From a virus (Duplodnaviria; Heunggongvirae; Uroviricota; Caudoviricetes): 64,000 nt of DNA. The stretch spans positions 220,088 through 284,087 of IMG/VR virus record IMGVR_UViG_3300028887_000001, one strand, 5' to 3'. Positions within the stretch are counted from its first letter, which is position 1, and each line of letters opens with the position of its first letter. Positions 40,549-48,682 of this stretch are shown piece after piece. A program made the translations under genes and the position numbers. The notes under the pieces are model-generated. The model saw nothing but the letters and a program-made list of their open reading frames with translations. It did no database searches and was not told where the DNA came from.

Positions 40549-41896
40549 AAACTAAGTCTTTTGTCCAACCATGTCTCGAAGCAGAACTGTACGCCGCCGG
40601 ATATTTACTATACATATCCCTGGCACCACTACATTTCTTTGCAATTGCAATAACCCTCTCTTTGTTGTTCCAATATCCACGTGGCTTATTTAGTGCCACA
40701 ATAAACTCATCCAACCAACCATTCCTTTGTGCTGCTTTATAAGCGGGTTGATTTCCTTTCTCAAAATCAGTCCTTGTGGCATATTTACTTGCTTCTTCTT
40801 TGCATAATTCATATGTCCAATGTATTCTCTTATTTACCATTTTTTTACGCCTTAAAGCATTATCCTTTGGTATATATTCAAAATTATCCAACGTACTTAT
40901 GTAGTCAAGCAAATCGTTTATTTTTGTGAAAACATTTTTATCCGCATACCAACCTCCAAAAACATCAACTCCCTTTTCATAAAAAGTACTTGGGTCGGTA
41001 TAATAAATCATTATATTTTTATCTTTTGTTACTGTATTATATTTCTGCTTGTCTAATTCCATTCTATTTTTTAATTCCATTTCAGCATCTTCATCTGAAA
41101 TTTTCAAGCCAAACTTTGTTGGAACATAGTGCTGCTCACCTTGGCACTCTATGTATAAATGTTTTTGTGGTAAATAAAAATCGATACTCTGTCTTCCAAG
41201 ACCATTGTAATAATTCCACGTTTCATAATAAATTTGATTTGCATCAAAACTAACACACAATCTTTCCTCTAAAACCGAATTTTTACATAATGGGCAACCA
41301 TTACCACTTAAATGTTGATATGGTGTTTGCTTAAAATCACCATGCTTATAACACGTTATGTATGACTTTGTTTTTGCATTTACATAATAGAAATTATTAT
41401 ACCCATACCTATTACCATGTTTTTTTCTTGCTGCAACAACAAATTCTTCTTTTGTCATTTTCTTTGAGCCGCCACAAATTGGGCACCCAGACCCAAGCAA
41501 ATGTGCCTTAAACCTTTGATAAAAAGGACCATGCTCAACACCGTCTTCATTTTTAACATGACAAATAAATAAACCAGTATCCGATGGTTTTCCACTATAT
41601 TCACCCATTTGTGAATAATCATATCTACCTTCTCCGTGTTTCTGTTCAGCAATGGCAATCCATTCTTCTGTTGTTGGTTTATAATATCCAGAACATTTCG
41701 GACACCTAACACCATTTCTTAGATGGTCTGTTCTAATATAAAAATCACCATGCTCATTGCCAAAAACATCTTTCTCGTGACACGTTACTAATATTTTTGT
41801 TCTACAATTAATATATTCTGTTTTTTCAAAACTATAGTTCTTTCCTATACAAGAATTTTTTATCAACTCCAATGCTTCATATTGACTCCGTTTCAT
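40538..41896 (-). CDS. Free-standing putative homing endonuclease (PD-(D/E)xK / Vsr-like) with Zn-finger repeats
   Basis: Three C..HGxF....HL.G..CPxC repeats, IDFYLP...IECQGEQH nuclease motif, two C-terminal WTYE/YW...AY..A..NGW repeats. Inserted between MCP and terminase. Confidence 0.75.
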   Translation of the reverse strand: MKRSQYEALELIKNSCIGKNYSFEKTEYINCRTKILVTCHEKDVFGNEHGDFYIRTDHLRNGVRCPKCSGYYKPTTEEWIAIAEQKHGEGRYDYSQMGEYSGKPSDTGLFICHVKNEDGVEHGPFYQRFKAHLLGSGCPICGGSKKMTKEEFVVAARKKHGNRYGYNNFYYVNAKTKSYITCYKHGDFKQTPYQHLSGNGCPLCKNSVLEERLCVSFDANQIYYETWNYYNGLGRQSIDFYLPQKHLYIECQGEQHYVPTKFGLKISDEDAEMELKNRMELDKQKYNTVTKDKNIMIYYTDPSTFYEKGVDVFGGWYADKNVFTKINDLLDYISTLDNFEYIPKDNALRRKKMVNKRIHWTYELCKEEASKYATRTDFEKGNQPAYKAAQRNGWLDEFIVALNKPRGYWNNKERVIAIAKKCSGARDMYSKYPAAYSSASRHGWTKDLVYGG

Positions 41897-41920
41897 TTTT
41901 AAAAATAATCATTACCCAAA

Positions 41921-41969
41921 TATAAATATTTGCTACATACAATTTTTTATTAATTTTTTTGCAAAGATA
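41921..41969 (-). promoter_or_regulatory. Tandem late-type (TATTTATA, 41921-41928) and host-type (TAnnTTTG, 41962-41969) promoters of the endonuclease gene
   Basis: Both motifs are exact matches between the MCP terminator and the ATG. Confidence 0.6.
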
Positions 41970-41983
41970 CTAAAATTGTTTTT

Positions 41984-42018
41984 AAAAAAAAAATACCCCT
42001 CCAAATGAAGGGGTATTT
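41984..42018 (-). terminator. Terminator after the major capsid gene
   Basis: AAATACCCCT...AGGGGTATTT stem plus a long U-tract. Confidence 0.8.
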
Positions 42019-42047
42019 AAAGTATTGTTTTAAGTAATGATAGATAA

Positions 42048-44000
42048 CTATCTCAATTCCATGGTACTAAATGTTGTTAGTCCATCAACGCGAACTTGTC
42101 CAAAGAATTTGTTGCAGACTACCTTCTTAGCATAACGTGTTGCGATACCCTTTACAGGTGCCATGTTGAATACGTTATACATGGTTGGAGTCAACTGCAT
42201 TGGAACGTATGGAGCGTATACATAACCAGTGTCAAGGAGGCTCTTACCCTTATGACCAATCAAGAGTGACCAGTGAGGAGAGTATGGGTCTACATAAACT
42301 TGATAACGGCTAGATACTGCACCAATCTTCTCAATACCCATGTTATACTGATTTTGCTCAGCATTTGCATCGGTTACGTGGAAGTATTCGAGGTCATCGA
42401 AGAGAGCAGAAATCTCAGAAGAACATACAATCCAGTTGGCACCGCCACGGAGAGTAGCCTTATTGATTTGAGCGCTAATCTGATTTACACGAGTGATAAG
42501 GAATTGGTTCCAATCCTTTTGAGTGTAGTTTGTGCTGGTAGCAGCCTGACGCTTCCAACCATTCCAGTCGAATCTCAACTGCCAAGGAGCAGCCTTACGG
42601 AGGTCACGAAGAATCTCACGGTCAACCTCAGCGGCGATTTGCTCAGAGAGGATAGAAGTCAACTCAGCTTCTGCGTCGATGTTGTGGAATGCACTAACGT
42701 CGGTAGAGAGCTCTGGAGACCAGGTAGCACGAAGCTTACGTTCGGTAACACTTACGGTTACGCTATCGAGCTTGAAGCTAACCTCACCAATCTCAGTTTC
42801 GAGTTCGAGGCTGTCGTATTGAGCCCATGCAATCTTGAATGCGGTTGGGTCAAATGCGTTTGCGTCAACACCAACATAACCATCGATAGTACCACCCTGC
42901 TCAGCACAAGTCTTAGCGAGGTCGAGTTCGATATAGATGTTGCCTTCTGCATCGCAAGGAGCACCAGTGTACTCAACGATACCCTTACCATACTTTTGAG
43001 TTACAACACGGAAAGGAACGCTTTCGTATTGGTCAAAAGCTGCGGTGGTGATACCAGAGTTAGCGCCAGCAGTTCCAGCGGAAATAGCAGCAGTTGTGAT
43101 AACCTTAAGAGAAGCGAGGAACTCTTCAGTATCCATTTCGTTTCCATCAGGACCAGTCAACTTAGATGCATTGAATGCAGAGAAACCGTTAACCTTGAGG
43201 ATTATGTTACGAACGGTGCCGTCATAACCGCAAAGCTTAGGAGTAGCAGCTTCTTTGAAGCCGAAAGGAGTTAAATCAACTGCCTCTGCGTTGCCAACAT
43301 GAAGAGTAACCTTACCCTTTGAGTTGTCATAGAGGAAGTCATCATAGAAGAGGTCATAGAGACTCTTTTGGAAGTACTGAGTAACCTCAGGACCAGCCTG
43401 ACGAATTGCGGTGCCATTGAAGCCAGCTTCAGTAGCAGCACTCAAAGCTTCAGTGTAAGCGCTATAAGTCTGACCACTGAATACCCAAGAATTCTCAAGC
43501 TCGTTGATTACCTCATCAGGGAGATAGTAGCGAGGTTCTTGACGACCATCCTTGTTGCGGTTGGTGCGGTCATAACCCATAAGACCCTTGTGGCGACCTA
43601 CGGTACCATCAAAGATGTCACCAGACTCAATGTCAGAACCCTCTGGAGCAATCCATTCACGCTCACTGGTTACGGGGAGGATGAAGAAGAGCTTACCAAC
43701 TGGAAGGTTCATAGCCTGTACCGATACGATGTCGTTAGCAAGGAGTTTGCTAAATACACGACGAACAATCGGGAATACTACGGTTTCGAAAGAACCGCTA
43801 TTGTTGGCATCAGTAGCCTCCTTGAGGAGATACTTTGCCTCGTTCTCATACAGAGTGGCAATGTTTTCCTTGATTGTACCTTCAGGAAGACCTTCGGTAA
43901 AACCGAGAGAGTCCCAACGACTCTGAACTTGCTCACGAATCTGTTTTTGGGTGTTGTACTCAATATTTCCAACTAAACCCGAAGTAAGAAATTCTCTCAT
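42048..44000 (-). CDS. gp23: Major capsid protein (T4 gp23-like), enlarged to 650 aa
   Basis: LLANDIVSVQAM, RKLRATWSPEL, DAEAELTSILSEQIAAEVDREIL and YVYAPYVP...TRYA motifs; strong codon bias. Confidence 0.95.
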   Translation of the reverse strand: MREFLTSGLVGNIEYNTQKQIREQVQSRWDSLGFTEGLPEGTIKENIATLYENEAKYLLKEATDANNSGSFETVVFPIVRRVFSKLLANDIVSVQAMNLPVGKLFFILPVTSEREWIAPEGSDIESGDIFDGTVGRHKGLMGYDRTNRNKDGRQEPRYYLPDEVINELENSWVFSGQTYSAYTEALSAATEAGFNGTAIRQAGPEVTQYFQKSLYDLFYDDFLYDNSKGKVTLHVGNAEAVDLTPFGFKEAATPKLCGYDGTVRNIILKVNGFSAFNASKLTGPDGNEMDTEEFLASLKVITTAAISAGTAGANSGITTAAFDQYESVPFRVVTQKYGKGIVEYTGAPCDAEGNIYIELDLAKTCAEQGGTIDGYVGVDANAFDPTAFKIAWAQYDSLELETEIGEVSFKLDSVTVSVTERKLRATWSPELSTDVSAFHNIDAEAELTSILSEQIAAEVDREILRDLRKAAPWQLRFDWNGWKRQAATSTNYTQKDWNQFLITRVNQISAQINKATLRGGANWIVCSSEISALFDDLEYFHVTDANAEQNQYNMGIEKIGAVSSRYQVYVDPYSPHWSLLIGHKGKSLLDTGYVYAPYVPMQLTPTMYNVFNMAPVKGIATRYAKKVVCNKFFGQVRVDGLTTFSTMELR

Positions 44001-44035
44001 TGTCTATTAAAAATAAATTAATTAGTCTTTTAAAT

Positions 44036-44043
44036 TATAAATA
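44036..44043 (-). promoter_or_regulatory. Putative late promoter GATATTTATA upstream of the MCP gene
   Basis: Exact octamer. The same motif recurs at 37686, 45523, 45692(+), 47548(+), 50262 and 55514. Confidence 0.65.
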
Positions 44044-44048
44044 TCAAA

Positions 44049-45476
44049 TTACTTGCAAATTTTATGCATAAGTCCAAGTGAACTCATAAGACCTTCGTCC
44101 TGATAGAACTTGCTTTCGTTGATTACTTCCGCATTGGAAGTTCCGAACTCTTTTTCCTCATTAATGTTTGTTACATTCTGTGGATTTTTCTTAAGTTCGT
44201 TTGAAATTGTGTTGTAGAGACTCTTTGACTCTTCAATTGTGTGTACCTCGTTTGTGAAGCGGTTGATAATGTCACGCTTTTCTTCCTTGGTTGTTGAGTT
44301 CTCAGAGATAAGCTTGATTATACCACCGAGGTTAACATTTGTAACTGCTGCCTCTTTGAGCATGTCAGTAATCTTGTTAAGCTCTTCCTTGAGTTTCTTG
44401 TTTTCCTCGAAAATCCTGTCAGCTTTCTTAACAATTGACTCATTGGTTGCATTTGGGTTTCCTTGATATTCGCCAGCGAAAGTTGTGTTGTGTTTTGGTG
44501 GGTTATTATTGCAACTTGTGTTTTGAACATGAGATTTTGCTCTTCCTCTGTTGGTTCCACCCTTTTCAACAACAGTTTCTTCCATTTCTGGCAAATCATC
44601 TTCCTTAAGTCCACATTCACTTGTTTGTGCCTTTTTATTAAATGGGGCACCGTCTTTCTTGTTTGACCAAGGCTTTGCGGTTGTGTGAGGAACGCCATCG
44701 TCAATGTCTCTACCATTTCCAGGTTCCTGTACGCCGTCTGATGTCATGACATCCTTATCCTGATAGTTGTCTGTATAGCCAACGTTGGAGTCATATTCAT
44801 TCAGTGCGATTTCATAAATTCTTGATTCTTTCATATCGTCTGTAAAATTTTCGTCCGTTATTTCAGAAGTGTTGTCATTACCAGACAAGTCGATAATATA
44901 CTCGGCTCCTGTTTCTTTGTCTGAAATGCTAACCTTATCATCGTCTTTTACAACAGTAACTTGGTCATCATTATTCAGGCGTTTATAAATCTTTACGATT
45001 TCATCGTCTTTCGCATTACGGAAGTCATACTCATTGTCTGATACCTTGTATTTCTCGAAGTCCAAGTCATCTTCAAAATCGCCTTCTGGAGTTTCCTCAC
45101 CATCTACTTCGATTTCCTCTACGTCATCTTCAGTGGCTTCTTGGTCATCCTCTGGTTCCGTACCTTCTGCATCAGCATCATCATCAACCTCATCAGTTTC
45201 TTCTGTTGCTTCAGCATCTTCAACTTGTTCGTCGTCTGTGGCATCATCATTTGTATCATCCACTTCCTCTACATCATATTCCTTTTCCTCTACATCATCA
45301 TCTTCTGACTCGTTGAGGATTGAGGCATATGCTTCTTTTACCTGTTCGCTAAGTAAAGCCTTAACGCTGTCGGTAACGTTTTCCTCTAACTTTTGTGCAA
45401 GATTGTTGTAATCCATCAATGACTCCTTAATGAGAGCTCCATTGAGTTTCTTGCTGTTTTTATTATCTGTGCTCAT
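44049..45476 (-). CDS. Prohead core scaffold protein (T4 gp22-like)
   Basis: Very acidic with coiled-coil stretches and many [ILV]-x-E sites; directly upstream of MCP. Confidence 0.75.
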   Translation of the reverse strand: MSTDNKNSKKLNGALIKESLMDYNNLAQKLEENVTDSVKALLSEQVKEAYASILNESEDDDVEEKEYDVEEVDDTNDDATDDEQVEDAEATEETDEVDDDADAEGTEPEDDQEATEDDVEEIEVDGEETPEGDFEDDLDFEKYKVSDNEYDFRNAKDDEIVKIYKRLNNDDQVTVVKDDDKVSISDKETGAEYIIDLSGNDNTSEITDENFTDDMKESRIYEIALNEYDSNVGYTDNYQDKDVMTSDGVQEPGNGRDIDDGVPHTTAKPWSNKKDGAPFNKKAQTSECGLKEDDLPEMEETVVEKGGTNRGRAKSHVQNTSCNNNPPKHNTTFAGEYQGNPNATNESIVKKADRIFEENKKLKEELNKITDMLKEAAVTNVNLGGIIKLISENSTTKEEKRDIINRFTNEVHTIEESKSLYNTISNELKKNPQNVTNINEEKEFGTSNAEVINESKFYQDEGLMSSLGLMHKICK

Positions 45477-45721
45477 ATCTAAATGAAATATTAAAAGCTT
45501 TTAAAATTAATGTCAATTTAAATATAAATATCTGTAATTTTGAAATTATACATTTATTTATCGCAATTTAAGGCAATAGACGTCAATCATCACCCCAAAC
45601 TTTGATAATAATAAATATTATAAAAATAAAAAAAATAGTAAACAATTGTAATTTTATTTTAATTTATTGTTATTTCAACTAAATTTCTTTATATTTATAT
45701 ATAGTTTTAACTTAATATTTG

Positions 45722-47545
45722 ATGGAAACAAATAATAATAAACAGGAAAGGCTTGTTGAAATTAAAGCTGGAAAAACAGGATACGGAATCCTTATAGAAT
45801 CTGACGGATATGTTTCTCGTGATTTAACGGAAAATAACAAAAAAATAATAAAAGAAGCATTGGAATCAAGAGAAAATGGGGAATGGTATGTCCCTAATCC
45901 ATTTGTCCTTGATGTTGTACTACAAAAATATGGTATTGAAAACGCAAATAAAAGAATATATCCTGAGGGTATACTAAAAAGAGAAGTTGAAAAATACCAA
46001 AAACTAATTCAACAAAGAATGGCATTGGGCGAATGTTATAAGCCAGATGTTTTGGTTTTAACTGAAAATGGTTGGAAAACACTCGAATCAGTAAAAGAAG
46101 GTGATAATGTATTAACATTAAATGTTGAAACAAATCAAATAGAAATACAACCAATAAAAAGAAAAATAGAATATGATTTCGATGGAAACTTGATAAACAT
46201 TAAAGGAAGGCATATAGATGATGAAGTCACTCCGCATCACGGCTTCCCATTATATGATAGGAACCATAAATTTAAATTTTTCAAAACAGCAAATGAATTA
46301 ATGAATGAGGATAATTTATCCCATTATTATATACCAAAAAATGGTGAATGGGTTGAAAAAGGTAATGATTTTTTCATACTAAAAGGAATCGTCAACCCAA
46401 GCCCAAATACAATTAAATACCATCCATATTGCAAAATGGACGTATCAATACCAATGAGCACTTTTATGAAATTTATGGGTATTTATCTTTCTGAAGGTTG
46501 TTTTAATAAAAAGAGCTATAGCGTTAATATTTATCAAAAAAAAGAAAATGTTTGCGATTTAATAGAAGAACTTTGTGAAGAACTTGGCTTTAAATATTCT
46601 GTTAAAACCAGGAAAGGTGGCTGTAAAGTATTTAAAATTTGTGACCCAAGATTACATAATTATGTTAAACAATTTGGTGATTGCTACACAAAATATATAC
46701 CAAAGGAACTTAAATCACAATCAAAAGAAAATTTAAGGTTATTATATGATTGGTTTGTTCTTGGCGATGGAAGGATAAGAGGTGACAAAAGGAGATTGAA
46801 ACCACATACTCTAACTGATGATATTTTCTCTTCATCAAAACAATTGGCTTTAGACCTTAATGAAATACAATTAAAAATTGGGTATAGTGGTGATTATCAC
46901 GTAGAGTTAAGAGATAATGATAGGATTATAGAGGGAAGGTTAATAGAAGGGAAAAATGCTAACCCATTACACTTCTCATTAAGGTCTTTGAGTAAAGGTG
47001 TTTATATTGATAAACGATTTATTAATATTGAAGAAATTCCATATAAAGGTAAAGTGATGTGTATTGAAGTAGACAATCATACATGGTATGTGATGTCAAA
47101 TGGAAAATGTCATTGGACCAAAAACTGCAACCACCCTGAAAAATCTGAGATTGACCTTGGTAGAATTTCACACAATATAATTGAATGTCATTGGGAGGGA
47201 CATACTCTTGTCGGGAAGATAGAATTCAACCTCACAGAAGGATTCAGAAAATATGGTATTTGTTCATCTCTTGGAGATACGGTTGTTAACCTTATTATGA
47301 ATGGATACAAAATAGGCGTTTCTTCAAGAGGTATAGGTAGTGTTAAATCCCAACTTGGTAAAACAGTTGTTTGTGACGACTTTGAAATAATATGCTGGGA
47401 TGTTGTTGCAACACCATCTACTCCGGGTAGTTATATTGGAAGCCGTGAAGAGTTGGAACAATATGTCGAAAGTGATACAACCAGAAATGATAAACCACAA
47501 TTAACAGAAAAAATAAACAAGATTAAGGAAATTCTTAACTCTTGA
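45722..47545 (+). CDS. gp21: Prohead maturation protease (T4 gp21-like) interrupted by an intein
   Basis: NANKRIYP, ALGE|intein|CNHP, GVSSRGIGS and WDVVATPSTPGS motifs. ATG at 45722. Confidence 0.92.
   Translation: METNNNKQERLVEIKAGKTGYGILIESDGYVSRDLTENNKKIIKEALESRENGEWYVPNPFVLDVVLQKYGIENANKRIYPEGILKREVEKYQKLIQQRMALGECYKPDVLVLTENGWKTLESVKEGDNVLTLNVETNQIEIQPIKRKIEYDFDGNLINIKGRHIDDEVTPHHGFPLYDRNHKFKFFKTANELMNEDNLSHYYIPKNGEWVEKGNDFFILKGIVNPSPNTIKYHPYCKMDVSIPMSTFMKFMGIYLSEGCFNKKSYSVNIYQKKENVCDLIEELCEELGFKYSVKTRKGGCKVFKICDPRLHNYVKQFGDCYTKYIPKELKSQSKENLRLLYDWFVLGDGRIRGDKRRLKPHTLTDDIFSSSKQLALDLNEIQLKIGYSGDYHVELRDNDRIIEGRLIEGKNANPLHFSLRSLSKGVYIDKRFINIEEIPYKGKVMCIEVDNHTWYVMSNGKCHWTKNCNHPEKSEIDLGRISHNIIECHWEGHTLVGKIEFNLTEGFRKYGICSSLGDTVVNLIMNGYKIGVSSRGIGSVKSQLGKTVVCDDFEIICWDVVATPSTPGSYIGSREELEQYVESDTTRNDKPQLTEKINKIKEILNS
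46034..47125 (+). mobile_element. Intein (364 aa) with LAGLIDADG homing endonuclease
   Basis: Begins CYKPDVLVLTENGWK, contains FMGIYLSEG and WFVLGDG helices, ends HWTKN, followed by Cys+1. Confidence 0.92.
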
Positions 47546-47577
47546 CATATTTATAATGTAAAAAATTATATATAAAC

Positions 47578-48117
47578 ATGAAAAAGGTAATTAGATTGAC
47601 AGAATCAGACTTACATAGAATTGTAAATGAGTCTGTACAGAGAATTCTTACTGAAGAAATGGATGAAGGTTTGTTTGGTGGACTCGGTGCCCTTGGACAA
47701 ATGTTCGGCAATAAGGCAAGAAAGGCTGGCCAGGGAATGACAAACGCAGCAAGTCAGAAAATTGGCCAAGCAAAAGATGCTATGGGAAGGGTTGCAAATG
47801 CTGTTGGTAATAAGGTAAATCAAGCCGGGCGATACGTTGGTAACGCTTATAATAATGCAAAGGAAACTGTTGGCAATGCTTATAATGATGCAAAGCAAGC
47901 CTATCAGACCGGCTCTGCAAGCTCAGATGCACAAAGTGCAATCCAAGACGCTGTAAAGGCTTTGCAAAACCTTAAGGCGGCAGACCAAAAGCTTCAGAGT
48001 ATGGGACAATATAGTGTAATTGGCAAACAGGGTGTGTTGATTGACCAACTCTTAAAAGTTCTTGGTTCTACTAGTGGTAGATTCAAAGCAAGAACAAGTG
48101 CTTTCGCAAACGCTTAA
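47578..48117 (+). CDS. Leader-tagged protein with amphipathic 11-mer repeats (candidate capsid-internal/ejection protein)
   Basis: Leader MKKVIRLTESDLHRIVNESVQRILTE; VGNAYNNAKET/VGNAYNDAKQA repeats; TATTTATA at 47548. Confidence 0.78.
   Translation: MKKVIRLTESDLHRIVNESVQRILTEEMDEGLFGGLGALGQMFGNKARKAGQGMTNAASQKIGQAKDAMGRVANAVGNKVNQAGRYVGNAYNNAKETVGNAYNDAKQAYQTGSASSDAQSAIQDAVKALQNLKAADQKLQSMGQYSVIGKQGVLIDQLLKVLGSTSGRFKARTSAFANA
47836..47895 (+). repeat. 33-bp-period tandem duplication encoding VGNAYNxAK
   Basis: GTTGGTAACGCTTATAATAATGCAAAG at 47836 and GTTGGCAATGCTTATAATGATGCAAAG at 47869. Confidence 0.8.
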
Positions 48118-48542
48118 TTAAACAATTTTTCCCAGAAAGATTTAGGTGCATTCTTGGTTTTATTAAACAGGGATGCATCTTTTGTTTTTGTTATATTAAG
48201 GCCATATTTATTCTTCATTTCATTTGCAATTTTAATGAATTCATTCCCATGGTCTCCGTTGTCTTTTATTTTATTCCACGCAATATAATAATGAATCATT
48301 TCGTGAACCATTATTTCAATAAAATCATTTTCATCATAATCATAACAATCGGAAAATAATATTATCTTATGTTCAAGTGGTTTTTTATCTTTGTCTTTTT
48401 TGCTACTTTTCCTGTATTCAAACCTTGCAATGAACTTGGTATTATTAATCAAACCAAATTTTGGTGTTGGTAGTTCTCCGTTGAAATATTTCTCATTGCA
48501 ATCATAGAACACCATTGGCATTGTATTAAAATCAGCAACCAT
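48114..48542 (-). CDS. SprT-like zinc metalloprotease
   Basis: NEKYFNGELP, HEMIH and DHGNEF motifs. ATG at 48542 lies downstream of a TAnnTTTG promoter at 48573-48580. Confidence 0.85.
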   Translation of the reverse strand: MVADFNTMPMVFYDCNEKYFNGELPTPKFGLINNTKFIARFEYRKSSKKDKDKKPLEHKIILFSDCYDYDENDFIEIMVHEMIHYYIAWNKIKDNGDHGNEFIKIANEMKNKYGLNITKTKDASLFNKTKNAPKSFWEKLFN

Positions 48543-48633
48543 ATTATTATGTTTTAAAATTAATTCTAGATGCAAAATTATAACATTTATTTTAATCAAA
48601 CAAGAAAAAGCATAAAAATTTTTACTACACAAT

Positions 48634-48664
48634 AAAAAGGCACCTCAAACTGGGGTGCCTTCTT
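48634..48664 (-). terminator. Terminator after the phosphoesterase gene
   Basis: AAGGCACC...GGTGCCTT stem. Confidence 0.7.
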
Positions 48665-48682
48665 AAAAAGAATGTTCTAAAA

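Noticed and set aside
42273-43976. Long plus-strand ORFs (333 aa, 202 aa) antisense to the MCP gene
   Set aside because: Shadow ORFs explained by the strong codon bias of the capsid gene; no recognisable motifs or promoters.
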